From: Bacilli bacterium | GTDB lineage: Bacteria; Bacillota_I; Bacilli_A; RFN20; CAG-826 | Length of the DNA: 64,000 nt | Direction: 5' to 3' | NCBI GenBank assembly: GCA_900767825.1 | Contig: CAAGAN010000020.1 | Span: 6,831-70,830, forward strand | Shown: one piece after another, positions 38,718 through 47,841 of the stretch | Numbering within the stretch: position 1 is the first letter of the stretch | Layout: each line of letters begins with the position of its first letter | Translations under genes and position numbers: made by a program | Notes under the pieces: model-generated | Told to the model about the DNA's origin: nothing | Seen by the model: only the letters and a program-made list of their open reading frames with translations | Databases searched by the model: none

Positions 38718-39647
38718 ATGGAACAAGTACTTTCTCGAAGCAAAATTAAGAAGAAGCATTTCAATATCAGCAAGATAGCTTTTGCCACGATATTCTGCTT
38801 ACTTCCTTTTGCTATCTATTTATTCTTCTGCGTCTATCCAATAATCAAATCCGTATTTGATTCTTTTACCAATTGGAGAGGCTATACAAAGAAAGAATGG
38901 ATCGGCTTTGCTAATTACGAGAAAGTACTTACCGATCCAGTTTTCTGGAAAGCAGTTGGCAATGACTTTGCCATTACTGCAATAAAAGAAGTAATAATCA
39001 TCATCCTTACGGTTTTATTTGCCGTTAGCCTTACTCGCTTCAGGCTAAAGAAACATGAAGTAATAACCTATAAATTCATCTTCTATATCCCTAATATGTT
39101 ATCAACTGTCATTATTGGTTCGTTATGGGGATTTGTCTTCATGAGCGGCAGTTCTGGATTGCTTAATGCTTTCTTCTCGATTTTTAAGCAAGGATTTTCT
39201 TTAGACTGGCTGACTTCTAATCCACTTATGTGCATTGGATTTGTTGCTAGTTGGTGTGGCGTTGGACTTTTCATGATTACCATGATTTCTTCAATTAACC
39301 AAATACCTTTGGAATTATATGAAGCTGCCGATATCGATGGGGCTTCTAGGTGGCAACAATTAATACATATAACTATGCCTGCTGTCTGGCTAGAAGTTAC
39401 ATTCATGGTTGTTTCAATTCTTTATCAATCATTAGGAGGAAACTTTGGTATTGTCAATGTCTTCTTGCCTAATGGGGGCGTTGATAATAATGCAATGGTC
39501 ATGGGTTTATATGTATATCTATACGGGACTAGCAGGGGAAGAGTTGCCTTCTCTTATGCTGCAGCGATTGTTATGTTAATTGTTTCGGCTTCAGTCTCGC
39601 TTATAGTCAAGGCAGTTATGAATAAAGTTGGGAGGCGCTTTTCATGA
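38718..39647 (+). CDS. ABC sugar transporter permease (MalF/UgpA-like)
   Basis: Six TM helices and the EAA loop 'EAADIDGASRWQQLIHITMP'. Confidence 0.85.
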   Translation: MEQVLSRSKIKKKHFNISKIAFATIFCLLPFAIYLFFCVYPIIKSVFDSFTNWRGYTKKEWIGFANYEKVLTDPVFWKAVGNDFAITAIKEVIIIILTVLFAVSLTRFRLKKHEVITYKFIFYIPNMLSTVIIGSLWGFVFMSGSSGLLNAFFSIFKQGFSLDWLTSNPLMCIGFVASWCGVGLFMITMISSINQIPLELYEAADIDGASRWQQLIHITMPAVWLEVTFMVVSILYQSLGGNFGIVNVFLPNGGVDNNAMVMGLYVYLYGTSRGRVAFSYAAAIVMLIVSASVSLIVKAVMNKVGRRFS

Positions 39648-40525
39648 GAAATGATAACGAAGTAGCTTCTAGACATTCTCCTGAATCAAAAGGGGAAATC
39701 ATATCTAGATGGGTCATTAGGCTATTCCTAGTTGTATGGACTATCTTGATTATATTCCCATTATTGTGGACCATCATGACTTCCTTTAAGAGCCAAAAAG
39801 AATTCATGATGGGGGCTTTTAATTGGCCAACTAGCTTCCAATTCAGGAATTATGTTGTCGCTTGGCAAGAAGCTGATTTCTCGAAATATTTCCTTAATTC
39901 GGTAATTCTATCTCTTGGTAGCGTTGCTCTTACAATCCTATTTACTTTAGGATCAAGTTATGTAATTGCTAAATATAGGTTTAGGTTATTCAAATTCCTT
40001 GATCATTTCTATTCCATCTTCATGATGGTTCCCCAAATGCTATTATTGATTCCTTTACTAAAATTATGTCAGCAACTACATCTAACTGATGGGTGGCAAG
40101 TTATTCCTACCCTTATGTTATTAAATGCAATTCAAGGTGTGCCATTCTATGTCTTTCTTACCCTTCCATTTATGAAAGGATTAAGTAATGACATATTAGA
40201 AGCGGCTGAAATTGATGGGACCAATGAATTCCAGCGTTTCTTCCATGTAGTGCTTCCTATGGTAAAACCTCCGTTATTCATTGTTGCCCTTTTAAGCTTT
40301 GCCGGGGCCTGGAATGAATATGCAATGTCAATTACATTTATCAAGGATTCTTCTTATTACACATTGTCGACAGGTTTAAATAATTTGATGACTGATGCAA
40401 CGTTTGGATATGGAGTCAAGTTTGCAGCCTTAATAATATCAATGTTACCAGTATTAATAATGTATGCGATATTCCAAAAGCCGTTGCAGAATGGCTTATC
40501 CGCTTCAGACGGAGTAAAAGGATAA
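39644..40525 (+). CDS. ABC sugar transporter permease (MalG/UgpE-like)
   Basis: EAA loop 'EAAEIDGTNEFQRFFHVVLPMVKPPL'. It is translationally coupled to the preceding permease. Confidence 0.85.
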   Translation: MRNDNEVASRHSPESKGEIISRWVIRLFLVVWTILIIFPLLWTIMTSFKSQKEFMMGAFNWPTSFQFRNYVVAWQEADFSKYFLNSVILSLGSVALTILFTLGSSYVIAKYRFRLFKFLDHFYSIFMMVPQMLLLIPLLKLCQQLHLTDGWQVIPTLMLLNAIQGVPFYVFLTLPFMKGLSNDILEAAEIDGTNEFQRFFHVVLPMVKPPLFIVALLSFAGAWNEYAMSITFIKDSSYYTLSTGLNNLMTDATFGYGVKFAALIISMLPVLIMYAIFQKPLQNGLSASDGVKG

Positions 40526-40615
40526 ATCAATAGCCTTCCTAGTTTCTGAAGTGAGACCCAAATGTTGGACAAACAACAGGAGGGTCTCACTTCATTCCCC
40601 GGGGAGGCTTATTTA

Positions 40616-41470
40616 TTAGTTATTTGAATTATTTTCTTCTTGGCATTTCTTCCTATATTGGAGAGGAGGACATCCATTTATTTCCCTAAATAATTTTATA
40701 AATGTCGATAAGGAGTTATAACCGCAGTCTTCGGATATAGTAAGCACGCTTTTATTTGTTACTTTCAATAATTCTTTTGCATAATTCATTCTTATTTCTA
40801 TTAGATACTCAACTAACGATACCCCTTTATATGTCTTAAACATTGTTCCGACTTGCGAATGTGAATAATTGGTCAAAGAGACAATCTCGCTTACTCGTCT
40901 AGAAAATACTTCAGGACGTTGTAGATTTGCCAAAAATTCTAATAGCCATTTAGGGGTGGTGGTATGTCTTTCAAAATACCTTAATGTATATAAGCCTAGT
41001 ATGGCATCTAATAAGGAGGAGGCGAGGAATCTTTCGTAATCAAGGTTTTCTATTTCTCCAGGTTCAAGTGATTTGGCATTTATTAATCCTGCTAGATAGG
41101 TATTGAAAGTCTCGAAATCATTAAACCCTAGTTTTAGTTTCAATATCCTTTCGCCAGATAATATCTGACTTGCTAATGGAGAAGGCATCTTCTTAAGGGC
41201 GTTTTCTATTTCTTCATTCTCAAAATAGACATCTTGATGTAGATGTGGAGTCTTTAAGAAAGTGATCCCATGTACATGATTTGGACCGATTAAGAATACA
41301 TCGCCTTTGCTTACTTCATATTCTTTTTCATTAACTAAGTTAATAGAAACCCCATCAAGAAAGAAAACTAGTTCCCATTTAACATGCCCATGTGGAGGAT
41401 TTGGGGTTGTATATAGTTTGCTGATTTCGTCTTTTTCTGCGCTTAAGCGGACTAGGTTATTTTTATCCAT
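40616..41470 (-). CDS. AraC-family transcriptional regulator (cupin + HTH)
   Basis: C-terminal 'ISEDCGYNSLSTFIKLFREINGCPPLQYRK' AraC HTH. It is divergent from the glycoside hydrolase genes. Confidence 0.8.
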   Translation of the reverse strand: MDKNNLVRLSAEKDEISKLYTTPNPPHGHVKWELVFFLDGVSINLVNEKEYEVSKGDVFLIGPNHVHGITFLKTPHLHQDVYFENEEIENALKKMPSPLASQILSGERILKLKLGFNDFETFNTYLAGLINAKSLEPGEIENLDYERFLASSLLDAILGLYTLRYFERHTTTPKWLLEFLANLQRPEVFSRRVSEIVSLTNYSHSQVGTMFKTYKGVSLVEYLIEIRMNYAKELLKVTNKSVLTISEDCGYNSLSTFIKLFREINGCPPLQYRKKCQEENNSNN

Positions 41471-41696
41471 TTTTGTGCCTCTAGATATTTTACAACATTT
41501 GCTCTTCTATATAAAAAGATTATTTTTTAAAGATAAAATGGTGACTTAATGGACAAAGAGTAACAAAAATAACAATTTTTAAATTAAAGATAAAAGAAAG
41601 AATGTTTTCCTAATTGATATAATTTTAACTAGCAAGAGAAATATAAATCTTTAGATTTTAGAAGGTGTAATTTCATTAGGAATTTAGGAGATAGCA

Positions 41697-44081
41697 ATGC
41701 TAGATAAGTCATTATTCTTTAAACCTCAAAGCCGTTATTCCATGGTTCCTTTTTGGTTTTGGAATGATGAACTAAAAGATGAAGAATTGATTAGACAGCT
41801 TAAGGAAATGAAAGATAAAGGCGTCTATGAAGTCATTATCCATGCAAGAAAAGGATTAACTATTGGCTATTTAAGCGAAGAATGGTTTTCTAAGGTTAGA
41901 CTTTGTTGCAAGGTTGCTAAAGAATTAGACATGAAGATTTATCTTTATGATGAGAATAACTGGCCTAGTGGATATGCAGATGGAAAAGTAATAGAAAAAG
42001 ACCCTTCTTTTGCGGCGAAATGTTTAAGTGTAGAAAAGATTTATCCAGTACTTGGCAAACCTATTGAAGTAGAAGATATCCCAAATAAAGAAATAGTATC
42101 CGTAGTCGCGGTTTATCAAGATAAGGAATTTGTCGATATTACCGACTATGGGAAAAATGGTAAACCTAGTTGGGTTAGTCCTTCTTTATGCTGGGAAGTT
42201 TTTGTTTTCAGGATGGAAGTTGCCTTGCATCATCCAGCTTACTCTGATACCCCATATGTTGATTTATTAAATGTAGAGGCAACGAAAGCATTTATTGAAA
42301 TTACCCATGAGCAATATAAGAAGCATGTAGGTGAATATTATAAAGATGTCATTAAGGGCTTCTTTACTGATGAACCTGGGTTTTATCAAAATTATATTGA
42401 GCAGGCTAAAAACATAAATACTATCGCTTGGACCAAGGATTTCCCTTCCAAATTCCTTTGCTTAAAAGGATATGATATCCGTCCATATTTACCTTCTTTA
42501 TATCAAAATATGGAGATATCTTCCAAGATTAGGAAAGATTATTATGAAGCCTTGGTTACTATCTATAGGCATTCTTATTTTGATGAAATAAGAGAATACC
42601 TACATAAAGATGGACTGCTTTTAATAGGACATCTTCATAGAGAAGAAAAACTAGAATGGCTAGTACAGACCGAAGGTGATTTCTTTGATGTAATCGATGG
42701 ATTAGATTATTCTGGAATCGATTGCATTGATAGGGCTTTCCCTAGAGTTACCGAAAAGCTTGCTGCTAGTGTATCTGATTTATTGAATAAGAAACGTTGC
42801 TTGTCCGAATCTTTAGGCTGCTTTGGATGGGAGTTGACTCCAAGCGAGATTAAACAAAGGATAGATTTACAGTACGTAAACGGGACAAATATGTTTATAC
42901 CCCATGCTTTCTTTTATTCTATAGAAGGATATAGGAAGCAAGAATCGCCTCCATCTTTATTTATCCAAAATCCATATTGGCCATATTTTTCTAAGATATC
43001 TAATTATGTATCTAGGCTTTCATACGCATTAAGTGAAGGAAGACATGATTGCAAAGTAGGGGTTTATTATCCCTCTAGAAAAGCAACTAGGTTATTTAGC
43101 CCATTAAATCATTATGAAATAAGAGAAATAGATGAATGCCTAGATAGATTAATCGGTTCTTTATTGAATAAAGGGATTGATTTTGAACTTATAAATGAAG
43201 AATTTATCGAAAAGGGAATCGTTAATAGAAATGGATTAAATATCGATCATAACTATAAGGCCATAATCTTGCCTACCTCTCCTGATATAGACATTCAAGA
43301 CAAGATAAATGAATTCTCTAAACACGGTTTAGTAATTATTTTAGGTAAGGATAAAGGAAAAGAAGATAAGAAGGTTTTATATAGATATTATGAAGAAGAT
43401 GAAGTGGCCTCTTATCTAGTTTCTAAATTGGATTTTGACCATTTTAGCGAGGGCGTGTATTCATATTCGAGGAAAGATAAATCTTCTAGATGGACTTTTT
43501 ATGTTAATAATCTAGATAAAGTCAATTATTTAAATATTAAGCTTAAGAAAGGAATGCAAGTTGATAAATTAGATTTAGAAGATGGATCAAATAAAGTAAT
43601 CGCTTCTTCTAAAGTCGATAGACTAATAAAGATAAAACTAGAACCAAAAGAATCAATCTTACTTTCTTTTAGGAAGGGAAATAAGAAGCCTAGCAAAGAA
43701 GATAGATATGAAAAGCATCCTCTAGAATTGATAGATGTTTACTTTAATGATGTTAAAGAGAAAGAAATCAGTGCCCATAAGAATAATATCCATAATTTTG
43801 ATGGGAAAATTACTTTGACATATAGATTTGATTTAGATGAATTGCCTTCAAAAGTTAAGCTAAAACTAGAAGGGGTAAAAGATTTTGCATCCATCTATTG
43901 TAACGATAAATATATTGATACGAGATTATGGGAACCTTATGAATTTGATATAACGCCCCCTTTAAAATTAAAAGAAAACATCATCAAGATTGAAGTCTAT
44001 AACGTCAAGGCTAACTCTTTTGAGAAACTAGATTTAGACTGCGGTTTGCTTAATAAGCCATATTTATTAATTAAGAAATAA
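41697..44081 (+). CDS. putative glycoside hydrolase, family not resolved
   Basis: The N-terminal block 'VPFWFWNDELKDEELIRQLKEMKDKGVYEVIIHAR' resembles the conserved start of the GH106-like alpha-L-rhamnosidase clan. It sits in an operon with GH3. Confidence 0.5.
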   Translation: MLDKSLFFKPQSRYSMVPFWFWNDELKDEELIRQLKEMKDKGVYEVIIHARKGLTIGYLSEEWFSKVRLCCKVAKELDMKIYLYDENNWPSGYADGKVIEKDPSFAAKCLSVEKIYPVLGKPIEVEDIPNKEIVSVVAVYQDKEFVDITDYGKNGKPSWVSPSLCWEVFVFRMEVALHHPAYSDTPYVDLLNVEATKAFIEITHEQYKKHVGEYYKDVIKGFFTDEPGFYQNYIEQAKNINTIAWTKDFPSKFLCLKGYDIRPYLPSLYQNMEISSKIRKDYYEALVTIYRHSYFDEIREYLHKDGLLLIGHLHREEKLEWLVQTEGDFFDVIDGLDYSGIDCIDRAFPRVTEKLAASVSDLLNKKRCLSESLGCFGWELTPSEIKQRIDLQYVNGTNMFIPHAFFYSIEGYRKQESPPSLFIQNPYWPYFSKISNYVSRLSYALSEGRHDCKVGVYYPSRKATRLFSPLNHYEIREIDECLDRLIGSLLNKGIDFELINEEFIEKGIVNRNGLNIDHNYKAIILPTSPDIDIQDKINEFSKHGLVIILGKDKGKEDKKVLYRYYEEDEVASYLVSKLDFDHFSEGVYSYSRKDKSSRWTFYVNNLDKVNYLNIKLKKGMQVDKLDLEDGSNKVIASSKVDRLIKIKLEPKESILLSFRKGNKKPSKEDRYEKHPLELIDVYFNDVKEKEISAHKNNIHNFDGKITLTYRFDLDELPSKVKLKLEGVKDFASIYCNDKYIDTRLWEPYEFDITPPLKLKENIIKIEVYNVKANSFEKLDLDCGLLNKPYLLIKK

Positions 44082-44086
44082 ACAAA

Positions 44087-46309
44087 ATGGAAAATTATAT
44101 TTATCTAGATATTTCTAGGACTCCTAAAGATAGGGCAAAAGATCTTTTGTCTAGGATGAGTCTAGAAGAAAAGATAAGCCAGATGAATTGCTCTGGCTGC
44201 CTTTATGATTTGGATGAGATTTTATCTTTTTTTGACAAGGGGATAGATAAAGTAAACGGGGAGTGGTATTGGTTTAAGTATTATGATCAAGCCAAATTAA
44301 AGAAAATGGAAGAAGAATGTGTTAGGCATTCTAGATTTCATATACCTCCTTTTATAACTTGTGAGAATATCCATGGGGCTGCCCTTCCATTTACTACTAT
44401 TTTCCCTACCCCAGGATGCTTAGGTGCCTCTTTTGATTTAGATTTGGCATATAAGGTTTCTAGGATACAGGCCAAAGAAATAAAAGCCCTTGGATTTAAT
44501 AAAGTATATGCCCCGAATCTAGATTTATTTAGGGAGCCTAGATGGGGGAGATGCGAAGAAAACATCAGCGAAGACCCTCTTTTATTATCTTTGATGGCCA
44601 AAAATATTGTTAAAGGTATTCAAGATGAGAAAGTAATGACAACCATTAAACATTATATTGGCTATTCTTCTCCTGAATCAGGCCTTAACCTTGCTCCGAT
44701 GCATATGGGAGAAAGAGAAATCAGACAATATTACTTGCCTCCATTTCTAGAAGCGATTAAAGCAGGGGCAATGGGGGTAATGACTTGCTATAACGTCATT
44801 GATGGAGTACCTGTCACCATTTCACCTTTATGGATGAATAAAGTATTAAGGGAAGAAGCTTCTTTTGATGGAGTTACCATATTGGATTATGGCATGTCAG
44901 GAATAATGAAGAATGTCATGGGGATATCTTCAAATTATGTTGAATTAGGCAAAAGACTATTAGAAGCAAAAGTTGATATGGAGGCATGTGAGCCTTTATG
45001 TTATAACTTTGATTTCATCGAAAACATAAAAAACGATGAACGTTATTTATCTTTGATAGATGAAGCGGTTTTTAGGATATTGAAGGCCAAGTTTGAACTA
45101 GGATTATTTGAAAATCCTTCTTTTGATATAGATAAAATAAAAGAAAATGTTTTTACCGAAGAAGCCCTTCAGCTGACTTATATTGAGGAAAGTGAAGGGG
45201 CTACTTTATTAAAAAACGATGGGGTTTTGCCTTTAAATAAATCTAGCAAGATATTATTGGTTGGCCCAAATGCTGATATAGCTCAGCTTGGTGGGATTAC
45301 TTATTATGCAGTTTTGGAAGATTATAAATATAAAGATGCAAGTTCAGAAAAGGCGATTACTCCGCTTGAAGCTTTAATATCTAGGTTTGGCAAAGATAAT
45401 GTTAGATTTGTTAAAGGCTGCAATTTTTTAACCTATTTTGAAAAAGATGAAGAAAGAATAAAAGAAGATGCTTCTTGGGCTGATGTAATTATTTTTGCGG
45501 GAGGAAATAATTCTAGAGGCTATTCAGGAGGGGAAAATGGCGGAAAGAATAACCCCATGATGTCATTCGACGCGGTTACTTCTTCTGAAGGATATGATAA
45601 TGACGATATAGGATTGCTGCCTTCCCAAAAGAAATTATTTGATTTTATTAAAACATTAAATAAAAGAATTGTTTTCTTAGTTTATGGAGGGAAACCTCTT
45701 AGCCTTGAAAATGAATTAAGTGATTTTGGGGGTCTATTATTTTGCTATGGAGTTGGGAATAGAGGCAATTTAGCAATCGCGGATGTATTGCTTGGTAAAA
45801 TCAATCCTTCTGGAAGGTTGCCGTTTTCTATAGCAAGAAATGTAGGTCAATTGCCTTGCTTCTATAACCATTATCTTCCAAAAGGAAATTATTCTAATCC
45901 AGGAAGTTTAGTTAAACCTGGGCAGGATTATATATTTAGCTCACCGACCCCATTATTTCCATTTGGATATGGATTATCCTATTCTACATTTAGATACGAT
46001 TCTTTAGATGTAATTAACAATGATGGAGTTATAGAAGCCAAAGTTAGGATTACTAATCTAGGTCCATTTGACGGGGATCATATAGTCTTGGTTTATGGGA
46101 ATAACCTTGAACAAGAATATGTCTGCATTCAATCTAGACGGTTAATCGGATTTAAACGCATCCATTTAAAAAACAAAGAGACTATGGTTGTTGGATTTAA
46201 TTTTACCAAAGATGATTTTTATTATATTGGACTAGATATGAAAAAGGCTTTTCCAAATGGAGAAATCGAAATCGAAATTGAATCAATTAAGAAGAGGACA
46301 CATTTATGA
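44087..46309 (+). CDS. glycoside hydrolase family 3 (beta-glucosidase/beta-xylosidase type)
   Basis: GH3 N- and C-terminal domain motifs ('KHYIGYSS', 'MTCYNVIDGVPVT', 'TILDYGMSG') plus a C-terminal FnIII-like domain. Confidence 0.8.
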   Translation: MENYIYLDISRTPKDRAKDLLSRMSLEEKISQMNCSGCLYDLDEILSFFDKGIDKVNGEWYWFKYYDQAKLKKMEEECVRHSRFHIPPFITCENIHGAALPFTTIFPTPGCLGASFDLDLAYKVSRIQAKEIKALGFNKVYAPNLDLFREPRWGRCEENISEDPLLLSLMAKNIVKGIQDEKVMTTIKHYIGYSSPESGLNLAPMHMGEREIRQYYLPPFLEAIKAGAMGVMTCYNVIDGVPVTISPLWMNKVLREEASFDGVTILDYGMSGIMKNVMGISSNYVELGKRLLEAKVDMEACEPLCYNFDFIENIKNDERYLSLIDEAVFRILKAKFELGLFENPSFDIDKIKENVFTEEALQLTYIEESEGATLLKNDGVLPLNKSSKILLVGPNADIAQLGGITYYAVLEDYKYKDASSEKAITPLEALISRFGKDNVRFVKGCNFLTYFEKDEERIKEDASWADVIIFAGGNNSRGYSGGENGGKNNPMMSFDAVTSSEGYDNDDIGLLPSQKKLFDFIKTLNKRIVFLVYGGKPLSLENELSDFGGLLFCYGVGNRGNLAIADVLLGKINPSGRLPFSIARNVGQLPCFYNHYLPKGNYSNPGSLVKPGQDYIFSSPTPLFPFGYGLSYSTFRYDSLDVINNDGVIEAKVRITNLGPFDGDHIVLVYGNNLEQEYVCIQSRRLIGFKRIHLKNKETMVVGFNFTKDDFYYIGLDMKKAFPNGEIEIEIESIKKRTHL

Positions 46310-47559
46310 ACGAAAAAGAGATTTTAGACATTAAAGAAACTAGAAAATATATACATTCACGTTGGGAAGCCGCCTTAAATTACCCAATTGAAGGGGATAA
46401 ATATGCTCTTCCATACCCATTTGTACCTCCTTGCATCGATGGGGATTTCCATGTCCTTTTCTATTGGGATACTTTTTATACGAATAGAGGGATGATTGCA
46501 GACGGCTTTTTTGAATATGCTAAATATAATGTTGATAACCTTATATTCGCCTTAGATAAATTGGGTTTTGTCCCTAATGCCTATAGCGAAAATCTAATCA
46601 AGTGGTGTTCGCAGCCCCCTTATCTTCATTTCATGGTCAAGGATATATATGAAGTAAATAAAGATAAGAAGTGGTTAGAAAAAGCCTATTATGCTTTAAA
46701 GAAAGAATATGAATTCTGGATGAAAGAAAGAATTGCGCCGAATGGCTTAAACCGTCATCTACATAACAAATTAACTAAGGAAGATTTATGCGGTTATTAT
46801 GATTATGTTGCTAAAGATAGACTTGGTTTACCTTTAGATATAGATCCTGATAAAAAAGCCGAATTAGGGGAATGCTACTGCGCCGATGCGGAAGCGGGAC
46901 TAGATTTTACACCACGTTTTCTAGATAAAGGAATATATATCAATCCAGTTGATTTAAATGCCAATCTATATGGCATGGAGCTAGATTTGGCATCTTTATC
47001 AAAAATGTTTGAACCTAGCGAAGAAAATAGGTTCCTAGAAGCTGCTAAATCTAGAAAAGAAAAGATGGACAAATTCATGTTAAGTGAAGACGGCCTATAT
47101 TATGATTATGATTTTTCTAGCAACAAGATATTTAGGGAAGATTATTGCTTTAGCGGGCAATTCATGCCTTTTATAACTGGATTATCTAAAAATAAAGATG
47201 CGGCTAGAAAACTATTAAGTCGCCTATCTTATCCATATGGAATAGTATCTACCCAAAAAGATGAAAACGAAAAGATAGAATATCAAGCCGCCTATCCTTT
47301 CTCTTGGCCTTATGATAATTATTTAGCATATTGGGGATTAAAAGAATTAGATATGGAAGAAGAGGCTAAAGAAGTTGGGCTTAGATGGCTAAAGAATCTA
47401 TCTATGACTTATAAAAATACAGGTAAGCTATGGGAGACTTATGATCCTTTTATCGGTGGAAGAGCCAAAAAGAAAGAATATCCGGCAAACGAGATGATGG
47501 GTTGGACAGCAGGCGGATTCTCCTCAATCTGTGAAGACTTAGGTTTTGATTATAAATAA
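46306..47559 (+). CDS. (alpha/alpha)6-barrel glycoside hydrolase, trehalase (GH37)-like
   Basis: 'FHVLFYWDTFYTNRG' resembles trehalase signature 1 (R-F-x-E-x-Y-Y-W-D-S-Y). Start overlaps the GH3 stop. Confidence 0.45.
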   Translation: MNEKEILDIKETRKYIHSRWEAALNYPIEGDKYALPYPFVPPCIDGDFHVLFYWDTFYTNRGMIADGFFEYAKYNVDNLIFALDKLGFVPNAYSENLIKWCSQPPYLHFMVKDIYEVNKDKKWLEKAYYALKKEYEFWMKERIAPNGLNRHLHNKLTKEDLCGYYDYVAKDRLGLPLDIDPDKKAELGECYCADAEAGLDFTPRFLDKGIYINPVDLNANLYGMELDLASLSKMFEPSEENRFLEAAKSRKEKMDKFMLSEDGLYYDYDFSSNKIFREDYCFSGQFMPFITGLSKNKDAARKLLSRLSYPYGIVSTQKDENEKIEYQAAYPFSWPYDNYLAYWGLKELDMEEEAKEVGLRWLKNLSMTYKNTGKLWETYDPFIGGRAKKKEYPANEMMGWTAGGFSSICEDLGFDYK

Positions 47560-47841
47560 GCGATTGTCATATTTAACACTCAAATATTCTTTTCTAATTA
47601 TCAAAAATGATAACTTTCATATCCATAAATTTTTCTTTGTTACTTTTAAATAAAAACATTATTTTTCCCTACATATTGGGATTTCTTAACCATTTATTAA
47701 TAATAAAAAACTAATTTAAAAAACCATCAAAAATAGTTATATTGACAATTTTGAACGTTTATAGATTAAAAAAGAAAAGAAAAAGTAAGCGCTTTCAAAT
47801 ATGTTTTAGTTAGTAATATTTATAGAAAGGGACTTTTCTAC